Below are positions 7,126 through 15,519 of a DNA stretch of 60,216 bases, in pieces (positions within the stretch are counted from its first letter, which is position 1; every line of letters starts with the position of its first letter). This DNA is from a virus: the IMG/VR virus record IMGVR_UViG_3300044783_000109, positions 1-60,216 of that record, one strand, 5' to 3'. Below the pieces are notes generated by a model. That model made no database searches and was not told the origin of the DNA. It was given only the letters and a program-made list of their open reading frames with translations. Both the position numbers and the translations under genes were made by a program.

Positions 7126-7944
7126 ATGGCCGCTCCGAAATATCCGCCTCGCACTCCGGGTGTCACCCGACTGACGCAGAGCACCATCGAGCGGTACCTC
7201 CGCTGTGGCATCCGCTACGAACTCGAGATGGACGAGCGCCATCGCTACGCCACGGTGAAGATGATGATCGGCTCGGGCGTCGCGGCGGCCGCGGCGGCGG
7301 ACAAGCGGGCGAAGATGGCGACCGGGGAAGGCATCCCGCTCGGCGAGCTCGTGGAACGCTCGGTCGCCGCTTACGAGCAGGAGCTGGAGCAAAGCGATGT
7401 CCCGGAGTCGAACCTCGAGATAAACCAGGGGATGGACGACTCGGCGGACGCCGCGCGAGAGTACGGACTCCGCGTCTCTCCCAAGATCACCGATGTTCTT
7501 TTCGTCGAGCAGCCGATCGTCGCGGCGCTCGGCGCCTCGCTCGAGATCGCGGGCACGCCGGACGGAATAACCGGCGACGGACTGGGCGACGACAAGGTGG
7601 GCAAGGCGTGGACGCAAGAGATGGCAGACCGCTCGCGCCAGATCTCGCTCTACGACTTCCTCCACGGGGCTCTCCTCGGGTATCGGCCGCGGCGGCGCTG
7701 GATCGATAACGTGTTTCGGACGGCGAAGGGCTGGAGCTCGCAGCGGATCTACACGGATCGCACGCCGGAGGAGCTGGCGGACATGATCCGGATCGTCGAG
7801 ATCGCAAGAGCTGGCATAGAGGCGGGGCATTTCCTCCCGGCAGCGGAGGGAGCGTGGCACTGCTCGGCCTCCTGGTGTCCGCATTTCGCAAGGGGCTGCC
7901 CAGTCACGCAAGGAAAGTCAACCCAACAGGAAAGGATCGCATGA
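7126..7944 (+). CDS. PD-(D/E)XK exonuclease, Cas4/RecB-like, with Fe-S-type Cys cluster
   Basis: N-terminal Cys (RYLRCG). Motif GTPDGI...LGDDKVGK (D...D-x-K). C-terminal WHCSASWCPHFARGC (C-x5-C-x6-C). Sits immediately upstream of RecT. Confidence 0.7.
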   Translation: MAAPKYPPRTPGVTRLTQSTIERYLRCGIRYELEMDERHRYATVKMMIGSGVAAAAAADKRAKMATGEGIPLGELVERSVAAYEQELEQSDVPESNLEINQGMDDSADAAREYGLRVSPKITDVLFVEQPIVAALGASLEIAGTPDGITGDGLGDDKVGKAWTQEMADRSRQISLYDFLHGALLGYRPRRRWIDNVFRTAKGWSSQRIYTDRTPEELADMIRIVEIARAGIEAGHFLPAAEGAWHCSASWCPHFARGCPVTQGKSTQQERIA

Positions 7945-9137
7945 CACACACAACGAGAGAAGCGGGCGACGAGGCACAGCCGCAGCAACCAAGGGCCGGG
8001 AGGGACATCTCCCAGAAGCTCGTGGGGCGAGTGGCGGAGCGATTCGGCATTGCGCCGGAGGCTCTGCTCACGGTTTTGAGGGACACGGTGTTTCATCCTG
8101 GATACGACAAGGAGAAGCGCCCACTAACGCCGTTCTCCGATGCCGAGCTCGCGGCTGCGCTCGTCCTGGTCGAGAAGTACGAGCTTGACCCGTTCTGCAA
8201 AGAGATCTACGTCACTCGCACGCGCGGGAAGCTCCTCGTCATCGTTCCGATCGATGGCTGGATCAAGATCGCGAACCGCGAGAAGCGATATCACGGTTGC
8301 AAGTTCGCTGACAAGTGGGACGCGAATGGGAAGCTCGTTTCGATCACCTGCTGGATCAAGGTCGCTGGCCGCGAATGGCCCATCGAAGTCACGGAGTATC
8401 TGGACGAGTGCTACCGGGTTACCGACCCATGGGATTCCCACCCGCATCGGATGCTCCAGTGGAAGGTTTTCATCCAGTGCTGCCGCGTGGCGTTCGGCAT
8501 CTCCGGGCTTCTCGACGATGATGAGGCGGGGAAGATTATCGATTTGGAAGGGGCGAGCGCTGCGAGGACGCAGCAAGCCCGATACCTTGCGGAGCCGGCC
8601 ATGGACTTCACGGCCGAAGCGCCGAAGCGGGAGTACCTGGCGCAACATGATCCGCTCGAGGCGACGAGGCCGAACGGCGGGCTGCACAAATTGCCGCCCC
8701 GCACCGAGGCCGAGCCCTCTGCCATCCGAGAGCGCAACGAGAATCTCAGGGCCGAGACCGAGCGGGCGCCGCGCCAGGTGCGGGAGGCCGGCAACGGGAA
8801 ACCTGTCGAGCGGTCGGCCGAGGCGAGCGCCGAGCAACTGGCGGAGAACCGGCGGCTCGATGCGGAGATGCGCCAGAATATGGCGAGTGAGCGCACGCCC
8901 GCTCCCCGCGAGGCGGGGGAGGAGCCGATGGGAGAGTTCCCGCCCGTCGACGACCCGGCGGGCCCGACGAAGGAAGAGCTGTTCGACGTGTGGAACGAGC
9001 TCCGGAATAAGCTCGACGGGAAGCAGATCGTTGCCGTGCGCCAGAAGATCGGCGGCCAGTACGTCAACGCCAAGGCCACGCCGCAGCTCTTGAGGCAGGC
9101 GATCGCGGCGGCCGAAAGCATTCTCGCCGCGAGGTAG
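7941..9137 (+). CDS. recT: RecT-family single-strand annealing protein with long acidic/basic C-terminal extension
   Basis: ATGA-coupled ATG inside track ORF 7854..9137. RecT-like core: KYELDPFCKEIYV...IVPIDGWIKIANR... Confidence 0.8.
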   Translation: MTHTTREAGDEAQPQQPRAGRDISQKLVGRVAERFGIAPEALLTVLRDTVFHPGYDKEKRPLTPFSDAELAAALVLVEKYELDPFCKEIYVTRTRGKLLVIVPIDGWIKIANREKRYHGCKFADKWDANGKLVSITCWIKVAGREWPIEVTEYLDECYRVTDPWDSHPHRMLQWKVFIQCCRVAFGISGLLDDDEAGKIIDLEGASAARTQQARYLAEPAMDFTAEAPKREYLAQHDPLEATRPNGGLHKLPPRTEAEPSAIRERNENLRAETERAPRQVREAGNGKPVERSAEASAEQLAENRRLDAEMRQNMASERTPAPREAGEEPMGEFPPVDDPAGPTKEELFDVWNELRNKLDGKQIVAVRQKIGGQYVNAKATPQLLRQAIAAAESILAAR

Positions 9138-9233
9138 CGACAGATACACAACCCCAATGACATCCCACAGGACCAAGTCGTTCCCGGCGCTGGGCAACTG
9201 CGGAGGAGAAGCCCAGCCCTTGGCTCATGCGCA

Positions 9234-9305
9234 TGGCTGGAGCCATCCAAGAGCGACAAAAGGGTGCCTCCGTTGGCATGGGAAAAACGTCAAAGGCTCC
9301 AGCCA
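9234..9305 (+). other. Long hairpin in the RecT / ATPase intergenic region
   Basis: 11-bp stem TGGCTGGAGCC (9234-9244) / GGCTCCAGCCA (9295-9305) enclosing 50 nt. The arms match the stem of the 4210 terminator. Confidence 0.4.
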
Positions 9306-9374
9306 GAGACCCGGGCGCGGAGGCGAGCCTGAGAAGCCGACGCGCACTTTCAACCCCTCAACACAGGAAGGAAC

Positions 9375-11624
9375 ATGAGTACGAAAATCGTCAAGGTGGT
9401 CTTGGGTGGATTCAAGCGGCTCTATCGCGCGTACGAGTTGAACGGCCCGACTCTCCTCTGCGGCGTCAACGGCGTGGGCAAGAGCGCGTGCTGGCAGGGA
9501 ATCATTTACGCGCTTTCCGGGCGGGTGCCGACCGGGAGCGTTAACGACGAGGTCGCCAAGTACTTCCCGGCCCAGGGCGGCTGGGTCGAGCTGCACGACG
9601 AGGCCGGGAACTGGATCCGGAGGGGCATCGTCAGGGATCACGACAAGGCGAAGGTCAGCGAGACGCTGGAGGTGTCGGGCACGCCGGAGGGGCGCCAGCC
9701 GGATCTCGCTCCGTGGTACGCGGCGGACGCGGTGCTCAACCTGTCGAAGTTCCTGGGGCTCAGCGAGGAGAAGCGTCGAGAGTTCACCCTCCGCCTCTGC
9801 GGCTCGAGCGAGGCCGACACGTCGACCCTTATGGCCGAACTCGAAGGCGAGTACGCGCGAGAGATTGCCGGGGAGGCGGCGACGCCCTCGAGCTTCGAGC
9901 AGCCGGAGCACATCAAGGCCGAGACGATGGAGCTGTGGCGCGCGTGGGCTCGTCGGCTCGGGCTGCGCGAGGTCCTCCGGAGTCACATCGTGGCGGGGCG
10001 GTCTCTGACGGAAACCTGCCTCAAGCTGAGCGACGCGGCGAAGGAAGAGCGGCTGACCGCCGGGAAGGCGGCGAAGGACGCGCGTGCCGCCTCCAGGGAG
10101 CTCGAGAAGGAGGCGAAGGGCGCGCGTGCCGCCTCCAGGGAGCTCGAGAAGGAGGCGAAGGGCGCGCGTGCGGCGGCCGACGAGATCAGGACTCGGAGCG
10201 CTGAGGTCGAGGCCTTGCGGCACGACCTCGCGAGGGCCCAACAGCGGGCGGCCGGTGCGGCGGAGGTTCAGAAGTCGTTCAACGCCGCGACTGCCGACCT
10301 CGAGAAGGTGTCGGGCGAGCTCTACCGGGCCAAGCAAGTCGTCGCCGGCCTGCCGCTGCTGGGCGAACGGCCGGTTCCACCCGAGGGCGATCATCGGAGG
10401 GAGGAGGCATTCCGGCTGGCGGGCGTGGCGCAGATGGAACTGACGGGGGCGCTGAAGCTCGTCGCGGCTCTGACGGAGGACGAGAAGGCGCTCGACCACG
10501 CGGATGAGGATGCGGGCAAGGCGCTGGAGGACCTGGAGACGCATCGCGCGTCGAAACTCGGGCGCGTCGTCGGGCTCCTCGGGGAGATCCCGGACTCGGC
10601 GGACCCGGGGATGCCCGAACTGCGGGCGGCCGTCGACGACCTCTCCGCCGAATGGCAAGCGCGGCTGACGCGGTTCGTGGACGACGAGTCGGCGGCGCGT
10701 GCGAAGCTCGAGGCGATCCGCGCCCGCCGTTCCGACTGGCGGGCCGATGCCATCGCGGTGACCGCCGCAGAGGAGGAGGCGCGAGCGCGGGTCAAGGCGC
10801 AGTCGCAGGTCCTGGCCGAGCTCGAAAAGGCGCAGTCTGGTTCGGCTATCGCGCATCGAACTGCCTCCGCCGAGTACGAAGCCCGGGCGAAGGCTCGACG
10901 CGAGGCCGAGACGCGTGCGCTGCAGCTCGGGGCGGCTTGGAAGAAGGCATCAGAATCCGAGGCGTCGGCGAAGGCCAGGCTGGCGGAGGTCGGGACGCCC
11001 TCGAGCACGGCCGCCGATATCGAGATCCGGCTCGACACCGCGCAGGCGGCTCTGGAGCGGGCGGAGAAGGCGGCTGGAGCGGTCGCGGCGTACAACGCGG
11101 CCATCCAGCGGGCGGAGCAGAACAAGGTGCTGGAGGCCTCGTGGAAGGCGCTTGAGGGGGCGCTTAAGACGGTGAGGGAGAAACTCATCGGCGCCGCCAC
11201 CGCACCGATCGTCGATGTCATGAACGAGGTGCTGGTAGCCGCCCAGCGTCCAGAGCGGGCGTACCTCAAGCTCGAGAATGAGAGGGGCCGGCCGATCTTC
11301 GAGCTCGGCTGGGTTCATGAGGGTCAGCCTGTTGCCGTCGGTCCGTTGTCGACCGGCGAGAACGCAGTCTTCTGCGCCGCCCTGAGCCTGGCCATCACGC
11401 TGCGCTCGGAAGGCCGGAGGGTGCTGCTGTTCGACGCGACGAACGTGACGGAGAACAACCGGGAGCCCTTCCTCGCCACGCTCGCCCCCTGGGCGGAGCA
11501 GCTGGACGCCCTGGTTGTGGAGGTCGCGGCGATGTCGCCGCCCGAGGTGTCGGACGCCTGGACCGTCCTGGAGCTCACGGCGCAGAGCGGTAAGGAGGTG
11601 ACGGCCTCGCCGGCCGCCGCCTGA
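9375..11624 (+). CDS. SMC/SbcC/Rad50-like ATPase with long coiled coil (749 aa)
   Basis: Walker A GVNGVGKS near the N-terminus. About 500 aa rich in Ala/Glu/Arg (coiled-coil-like). C-terminal LSTGE signature and VLLFDA Walker B. Confidence 0.8.
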   Translation: MSTKIVKVVLGGFKRLYRAYELNGPTLLCGVNGVGKSACWQGIIYALSGRVPTGSVNDEVAKYFPAQGGWVELHDEAGNWIRRGIVRDHDKAKVSETLEVSGTPEGRQPDLAPWYAADAVLNLSKFLGLSEEKRREFTLRLCGSSEADTSTLMAELEGEYAREIAGEAATPSSFEQPEHIKAETMELWRAWARRLGLREVLRSHIVAGRSLTETCLKLSDAAKEERLTAGKAAKDARAASRELEKEAKGARAASRELEKEAKGARAAADEIRTRSAEVEALRHDLARAQQRAAGAAEVQKSFNAATADLEKVSGELYRAKQVVAGLPLLGERPVPPEGDHRREEAFRLAGVAQMELTGALKLVAALTEDEKALDHADEDAGKALEDLETHRASKLGRVVGLLGEIPDSADPGMPELRAAVDDLSAEWQARLTRFVDDESAARAKLEAIRARRSDWRADAIAVTAAEEEARARVKAQSQVLAELEKAQSGSAIAHRTASAEYEARAKARREAETRALQLGAAWKKASESEASAKARLAEVGTPSSTAADIEIRLDTAQAALERAEKAAGAVAAYNAAIQRAEQNKVLEASWKALEGALKTVREKLIGAATAPIVDVMNEVLVAAQRPERAYLKLENERGRPIFELGWVHEGQPVAVGPLSTGENAVFCAALSLAITLRSEGRRVLLFDATNVTENNREPFLATLAPWAEQLDALVVEVAAMSPPEVSDAWTVLELTAQSGKEVTASPAAA
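10080..10172 (+). repeat. In-frame 42-bp tandem duplication (2 full copies plus the start of a third) inside the ATPase coiled coil
   Basis: GCGCGTGCCGCCTCCAGGGAGCTCGAGAAGGAGGCGAAGGGC occurs at 10080-10121 and 10122-10163. It encodes ARAASRELEKEAKG twice. Confidence 0.9.
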
Positions 11625-11656
11625 GCTGAATCGTCGGTGGAGAGAGACTGGTGATG

Positions 11657-11686
11657 GGCGCCGCCGTGGAGAGAGCTGGCGGCGCC
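11657..11686 (+). terminator. GC hairpin just after the ATPase stop (terminator-like, no U-run)
   Basis: 9-bp stem GGCGCCGCC/GGCGGCGCC with a 12-nt loop. Confidence 0.3.
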
Positions 11687-11717
11687 TGACTTCAAAAGAA
11701 AGTCGGAGAGACATAAC

Positions 11718-12446
11718 GTGGCAAAGAGGTTCAAGCCCGGGCGGATGATTTCGGAGTCAATCTTGGACTCCGGAGACCTCATCGACCTGCCCTACTGGGC
11801 GGACAAACTCTGGCTCGGACTCATCCTGTTGGCGGACAATAGCGGCTGGATCCGTGCAGACTCCCACCGACTCCGTGCACGTTGCATGCTCAAGCGTGCT
11901 CACAGGATGCCCGCTCTCGCTCAGGTCGAGCGCGCTATAAGCACGTTCGTAGCACGGTCCATGCTCGTTCCGTGCCGAATGGAAGGCGTAAGTGGTTACA
12001 GATTAACAAACTTCTCCGCCGGACAGCGACTTCGTGACCGCACAAGTTCCAAAAATAGGCACGGAGATGGAGATGGAGATGGAGATGGAGATGGAGAGGG
12101 AGGCGATTGCAAAACAATCGCGCACGAAAAGCCGACAGCGGAGGAGCCCAAAAGGTCCGCTCCAGCAGAACCAATCTCACCCGTCCAGGTGGGCATCGTG
12201 GAGTTCTACGAGGTCCAGTTCTGCATGCCTGCCTGGGAGGCTCGTGAGGTCGTAGATACTCTCCGCCCGACTGAGGCGGATCTCCCGGGCTGGGCTGACG
12301 CGCTCAGGGCGGCGAAGGCATCAAATCTCAGGGACTTTCGGGCCTACGTCCGCTCGCGGGCGAAAAAATTCCGGACTGCCGAAGAGGCGTTCGGTAAGCC
12401 AGTGGGAGATTTTGCGGCCATCAATTGGGAGGAGCTTGTGAAGTGA
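11718..12446 (+). CDS. Replisome-organiser-like protein (242 aa) with Gly-Asp linker
   Basis: GTG start after GGAGAG. N-terminal region resembles phage replisome-organiser N-domains. Central GDGDGDGDGDGEG linker. Followed by a G39P-like ORF. Confidence 0.45.
   Translation: MAKRFKPGRMISESILDSGDLIDLPYWADKLWLGLILLADNSGWIRADSHRLRARCMLKRAHRMPALAQVERAISTFVARSMLVPCRMEGVSGYRLTNFSAGQRLRDRTSSKNRHGDGDGDGDGDGEGGDCKTIAHEKPTAEEPKRSAPAEPISPVQVGIVEFYEVQFCMPAWEAREVVDTLRPTEADLPGWADALRAAKASNLRDFRAYVRSRAKKFRTAEEAFGKPVGDFAAINWEELVK
12063..12098 (+). repeat. Hexanucleotide microsatellite (GGAGAT)x5 + GGAGAG
   Basis: Read directly. Flanked by A-tracts and a 7-bp inverted repeat GCGATTG/CAATCGC. Confidence 0.95.
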
Positions 12447-12889
12447 GAACATGGACGCAAGATCAAGTGCGGACATTTGTTGCAACCTTCAATGCCTACT
12501 GGCCAAACTCGATCAAGCCGCACGAGTCCGAGCTCGTCAAGACTTGGACGAGCGTGGCGCAGATCTACGATCCGCAGGTTGCCATGGCAGCTCTGAGGGA
12601 CATCTTCGAGGGCCAGGAAAAGCGCTTTGCTCCAACGCCCGCCAGCTTCAAAGGCGTTGCGCGGGGAATGCAGGATTACATCACCGGCGAAAGCCGCCGT
12701 CTGCTCGAGCGCCAGCAAGGCAGGGTGCAGACGTTCACGGGCAAGGAGATTGCGGCGGACGATGCGTTTTGGGAGGGGATATACGATCGGGCGGACGACG
12801 CGAAGCACCTTGAGACGCTCCACCATGTCCGGGAAACGTTACAGGCAGGGAAGCCGATCTGGGCTGGGATTGGAAGGGTGGCCTCATGA
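12443..12889 (+). CDS. Possible helicase-loader (SPP1 G39P-like) protein
   Basis: GTGA-coupled GTG (alternative TTG at 12425). Pattern ...FNAYWPN...W...YD...V..AL......FAPTPASF resembles the loader-and-inhibitor-of-G40P family. Confidence 0.4.
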   Translation: MRTWTQDQVRTFVATFNAYWPNSIKPHESELVKTWTSVAQIYDPQVAMAALRDIFEGQEKRFAPTPASFKGVARGMQDYITGESRRLLERQQGRVQTFTGKEIAADDAFWEGIYDRADDAKHLETLHHVRETLQAGKPIWAGIGRVAS

Positions 12890-13056
12890 AGCCTGACGTG
12901 CAAGCGCCAGCAACCACACAGTTGCGACAGGAATCGCCCACACGCTGCGAAGCGAAGGTCGTTCGACCCATGACACCACAACAAGCTCTTTCAGGCCTTG
13001 AGCGGCCACGTGGGCGTTTTGCGACCGCGGCCAACGATGTGAAAACAACGCGATGA
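12886..13056 (+). CDS. Micro-ORF (56 aa), unannotated in the track
   Basis: ATGA overlaps at both ends (12886-12889 and 13053-13056); it fills the only gap in the chain. Sequence MKPDVQAPATTQLRQESPTRCEAKVV... Confidence 0.5.
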   Translation: MKPDVQAPATTQLRQESPTRCEAKVVRPMTPQQALSGLERPRGRFATAANDVKTTR

Positions 13057-13658
13057 ACGCACGCCCGACCGACGCGCCACAAAAGGCGAGAGCCATGACC
13101 GCGTGGGACGCCCAACGGACGATCATGATCGGACGCATCCGCCGCCACTTCGTCTTGCCCAACTACACGCCGGCCGACTGGTGGGAGTGCGACGTCTTCG
13201 AGGTGTCGGCCGCCGGCTACTTCCGCGAGTACGAGGTGAAGCTCACGCGCGCCGACTTCAAGGTCGACCGGCAGAAGGAGCGACGCCGTTGGGACGTCGA
13301 GGCCGGGGCGGTCCGGACGCTGGAGCCGCAGCGCAAGCACGAGCTGCTGGCTGCGGCCGACCGGCGGGGCCCGCGTCAGTTCTGGTTCGTCACTCCAGTG
13401 GGGTTGATCACACGCCTTGAGCTTCCGCCGTGGGCCGGTCTGATCGAGCTCCAGCCAGTGGGTGGGCCGAGCTCTCGACGGTGGGCGACGACGGAGGTGG
13501 TGGCGGCCCCGCGGCTGCACCGGCAGAAGCTGGAGGGGCGGACGTTGGAACACGCGCGCGGCGTCTGCTACTACCGGCTGCACAACCTGATGATCTATCG
13601 GCGGCTTGGCGACCGCCTGGATGTCGCTGAGTCCAAGGCGGTGGAGGTTGCCGAATGA
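13053..13658 (+). CDS. PD-(D/E)XK-fold protein, MmcB-like
   Basis: ECDVFEV...YFREYEVKLTRADF...PRQFWFVTPVGL resembles the D...E-x-K plus FYF-xxP layout of MmcB-like DNA repair proteins. Confidence 0.45.
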   Translation: MNARPTDAPQKARAMTAWDAQRTIMIGRIRRHFVLPNYTPADWWECDVFEVSAAGYFREYEVKLTRADFKVDRQKERRRWDVEAGAVRTLEPQRKHELLAAADRRGPRQFWFVTPVGLITRLELPPWAGLIELQPVGGPSSRRWATTEVVAAPRLHRQKLEGRTLEHARGVCYYRLHNLMIYRRLGDRLDVAESKAVEVAE

Positions 13659-14128
13659 AACCGCTCGAGATGTCGGCCGCCGAGTTCCAGGCGCTCGCGA
13701 GGAAAGGGAAGCTTGGCGGGAAGAAGGACCCGTGGATCCGACGGGCGAAGCCGGAGGATCGGACAGAGGACGGGATCGGCTTCGCATCGGTCGCCGAGCT
13801 CAGCCGCTACCGCGAGCTGAAAGCGCTGCGGGCGGCGCGCAAGGTTCTGTGGTGGTGCAGGCAGCCGGTGTTCGATCTGGGGGGCGTCGAGTACCGCCCG
13901 GACTTCCTCGTCGGCTGGGCCGCCCGACCGGACACGGCGAAGGACGGCGAGTGCTGGCGCTATCCGTTTCCTGAAGAAACAAGGGCGCTGAACTACGGGC
14001 CCCACCTCGTGACCGTCGAGGAGGTGAAGGGGAAGAGAGCGCCGCCGGAAACGATCCGGCGGTGGAAGCGCAACGCCGCCCAGATGCAGGCGCTGTGGGG
14101 TCTCCGGGTGGAGGTGATTCTGAGATGA
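13655..14128 (+). CDS. DUF1064-like putative Holliday-junction resolvase/endonuclease
   Basis: GIGFASVAELSRYRELKALRAA...QPVFDL...YRPDFLV...VEEVKGKR...WKRNAAQMQALWGLRVEVI matches the DUF1064 layout. Confidence 0.65.
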   Translation: MKPLEMSAAEFQALARKGKLGGKKDPWIRRAKPEDRTEDGIGFASVAELSRYRELKALRAARKVLWWCRQPVFDLGGVEYRPDFLVGWAARPDTAKDGECWRYPFPEETRALNYGPHLVTVEEVKGKRAPPETIRRWKRNAAQMQALWGLRVEVILR

Positions 14129-14201
14129 GCCCAGAGCAAAAAAAGGAGATGGGGCGTGTGGCAGTGAGATTTCAACCAACACTTTTCAACAGGAGGCTTC
14201 A

Positions 14202-14672
14202 ATGAGCGTCACGATAGATCAGGCGATGGCCTTCGTCGAGGTTCTAAGCAAGGGCGCGCCCGCGGTGCATTTCAAGGCGATCATCGGCGCCGGCAAGGTC
14301 GCCACTGCGGAGGACTTCCTCCACGCGACCGAGCCATGCTGCGTTCGCGCGGAGGATCTTCTCGCGGCGATCGACGAGTACACAGGGGCACTCAGAGGAG
14401 TCGTCGAGCAGAACCGCGTGAAGATCGAACAGCGGCGGCTGGAGGATGAGCAACGGGAGGCCGAGCGGATCGAGGACGAGCGGCGCAACTCGATCCCGGG
14501 CACGACGGTGGAGGACCTGGCGGCTCTTCAGCGGAATGGGAAGAAGTCCGTCGAGGAGGGGACTCCGGACGAGGTCGTCAAGGACCTGGACCGCGACCCC
14601 GATCGGAGCTACTTGATAAAGACGATCAAGACGCGGAAGGTCGTCAAGAAGCGCAGGCGGGCCCATGCCTGA
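14202..14672 (+). CDS. Hypothetical protein (156 aa), charged C-terminal half
   Basis: ORF track; AGGAGG 7 nt upstream of the ATG. Confidence 0.6.
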   Translation: MSVTIDQAMAFVEVLSKGAPAVHFKAIIGAGKVATAEDFLHATEPCCVRAEDLLAAIDEYTGALRGVVEQNRVKIEQRRLEDEQREAERIEDERRNSIPGTTVEDLAALQRNGKKSVEEGTPDEVVKDLDRDPDRSYLIKTIKTRKVVKKRRRAHA

Positions 14673-14922
14673 CAGCCCACCACGCTGCGACGAGTGCGCC
14701 CACTGGGTCCGGAGCCGCAGGCCGCGCATTGACCTGTATCTCGCCTCGACCGCCACGGAAATCGCTGGGCACGACGTCGGCGTCTGCACAAACGAGCGTT
14801 CGGGGCCGAGGCAGCTTCGCCGCGGAGAAGCCGACCGATCGCTGCCGCTGTACGTGCGGGCGGACGCGAGCTGCGAGGCGTTCACGCGGCGGGCGTATCC
14901 GTGCGGGAGGCGCGGTTACTGA
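14665..14922 (+). CDS. Cys-containing hypothetical protein (85 aa)
   Basis: ORF track; CDEC motif. Confidence 0.5.
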   Translation: MPDSPPRCDECAHWVRSRRPRIDLYLASTATEIAGHDVGVCTNERSGPRQLRRGEADRSLPLYVRADASCEAFTRRAYPCGRRGY

Positions 14923-14923
14923 A

Positions 14924-15229
14924 ATGTGCGAGCACGGAACCAACACACTCGTCCGCGTACGCATTCCAGCGGACCTCTCCTGTAGCGGCCGCGCGAAGTG
15001 GAAGCGGATGAGGATCGACGCCTGCATCGCTCCGCTCGTGAGGGCGCTCCAGGAGGGCGGCGTAAACATGCGGGGCTCGTGCTGTGGCCACGGGGAAGGC
15101 CCAGGGTCGATCGACCTCGAGGACGGACGGACAGTCGTAATCCTGTCGAAGGATCAAGCGAGGCGGCAGGTGTTCATTGACCAGTTCCACGGAAAGCAAC
15201 CAACCAACACGAAAGGACACCGACCATGA
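14924..15229 (+). CDS. Conserved-looking phage protein with SCCGHG motif (101 aa)
   Basis: Internal ATG of track ORF 14729..15229, 2 nt after the upstream stop. Sequence RIDACIAPLVRALQEGGVNMRGSCCGHGEGPG. Confidence 0.6.
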   Translation: MCEHGTNTLVRVRIPADLSCSGRAKWKRMRIDACIAPLVRALQEGGVNMRGSCCGHGEGPGSIDLEDGRTVVILSKDQARRQVFIDQFHGKQPTNTKGHRP

Positions 15230-15519
15230 GCACTCAAGACTGGACACCCGGCGAGCGCCGCGAGATCGACCGCGCGTTGCGGAATTTCTGGCCCGGGCAA
15301 ATGGACGCGAAGATGGGGGAGTACAGGCACGCGCTCGAGGGGCTTGGCGTCGGGTATGAGCGGGTGCTGGTGGCGCTGAAGGCGCTGGCGAGGCGGCCGC
15401 CGTCGATTGAGCAGGTGGTGGCGGAGATTCGGGCTAACAACGCTGCCTTCGCGGAACGTTTTGAGAAGGGCGAGGTGGAGATTCCGGAGGTTGAGGTTCA
15501 CGAGGCCGCCGCGCCATGA
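15226..15519 (+). CDS. Hypothetical protein (97 aa)
   Basis: ORF track; ATGA coupling. Confidence 0.6.
   Translation: MSTQDWTPGERREIDRALRNFWPGQMDAKMGEYRHALEGLGVGYERVLVALKALARRPPSIEQVVAEIRANNAAFAERFEKGEVEIPEVEVHEAAAP

Noticed and set aside
6724-7911. 395-aa minus-strand ORF across the early genes and the exonuclease
   Set aside because: Antisense to several well-coupled plus-strand ORFs and to the Cas4-like nuclease. Its composition is Arg/Pro/Leu-dominated.
9225-10856. 543-aa minus-strand ORF opposite the SMC-like ATPase gene
   Set aside because: Arg/Leu/Pro-rich low-complexity translation with no motifs. It is fully antisense to a gene with clear Walker A/B and signature motifs, which is the typical shadow ORF of high-GC DNA.
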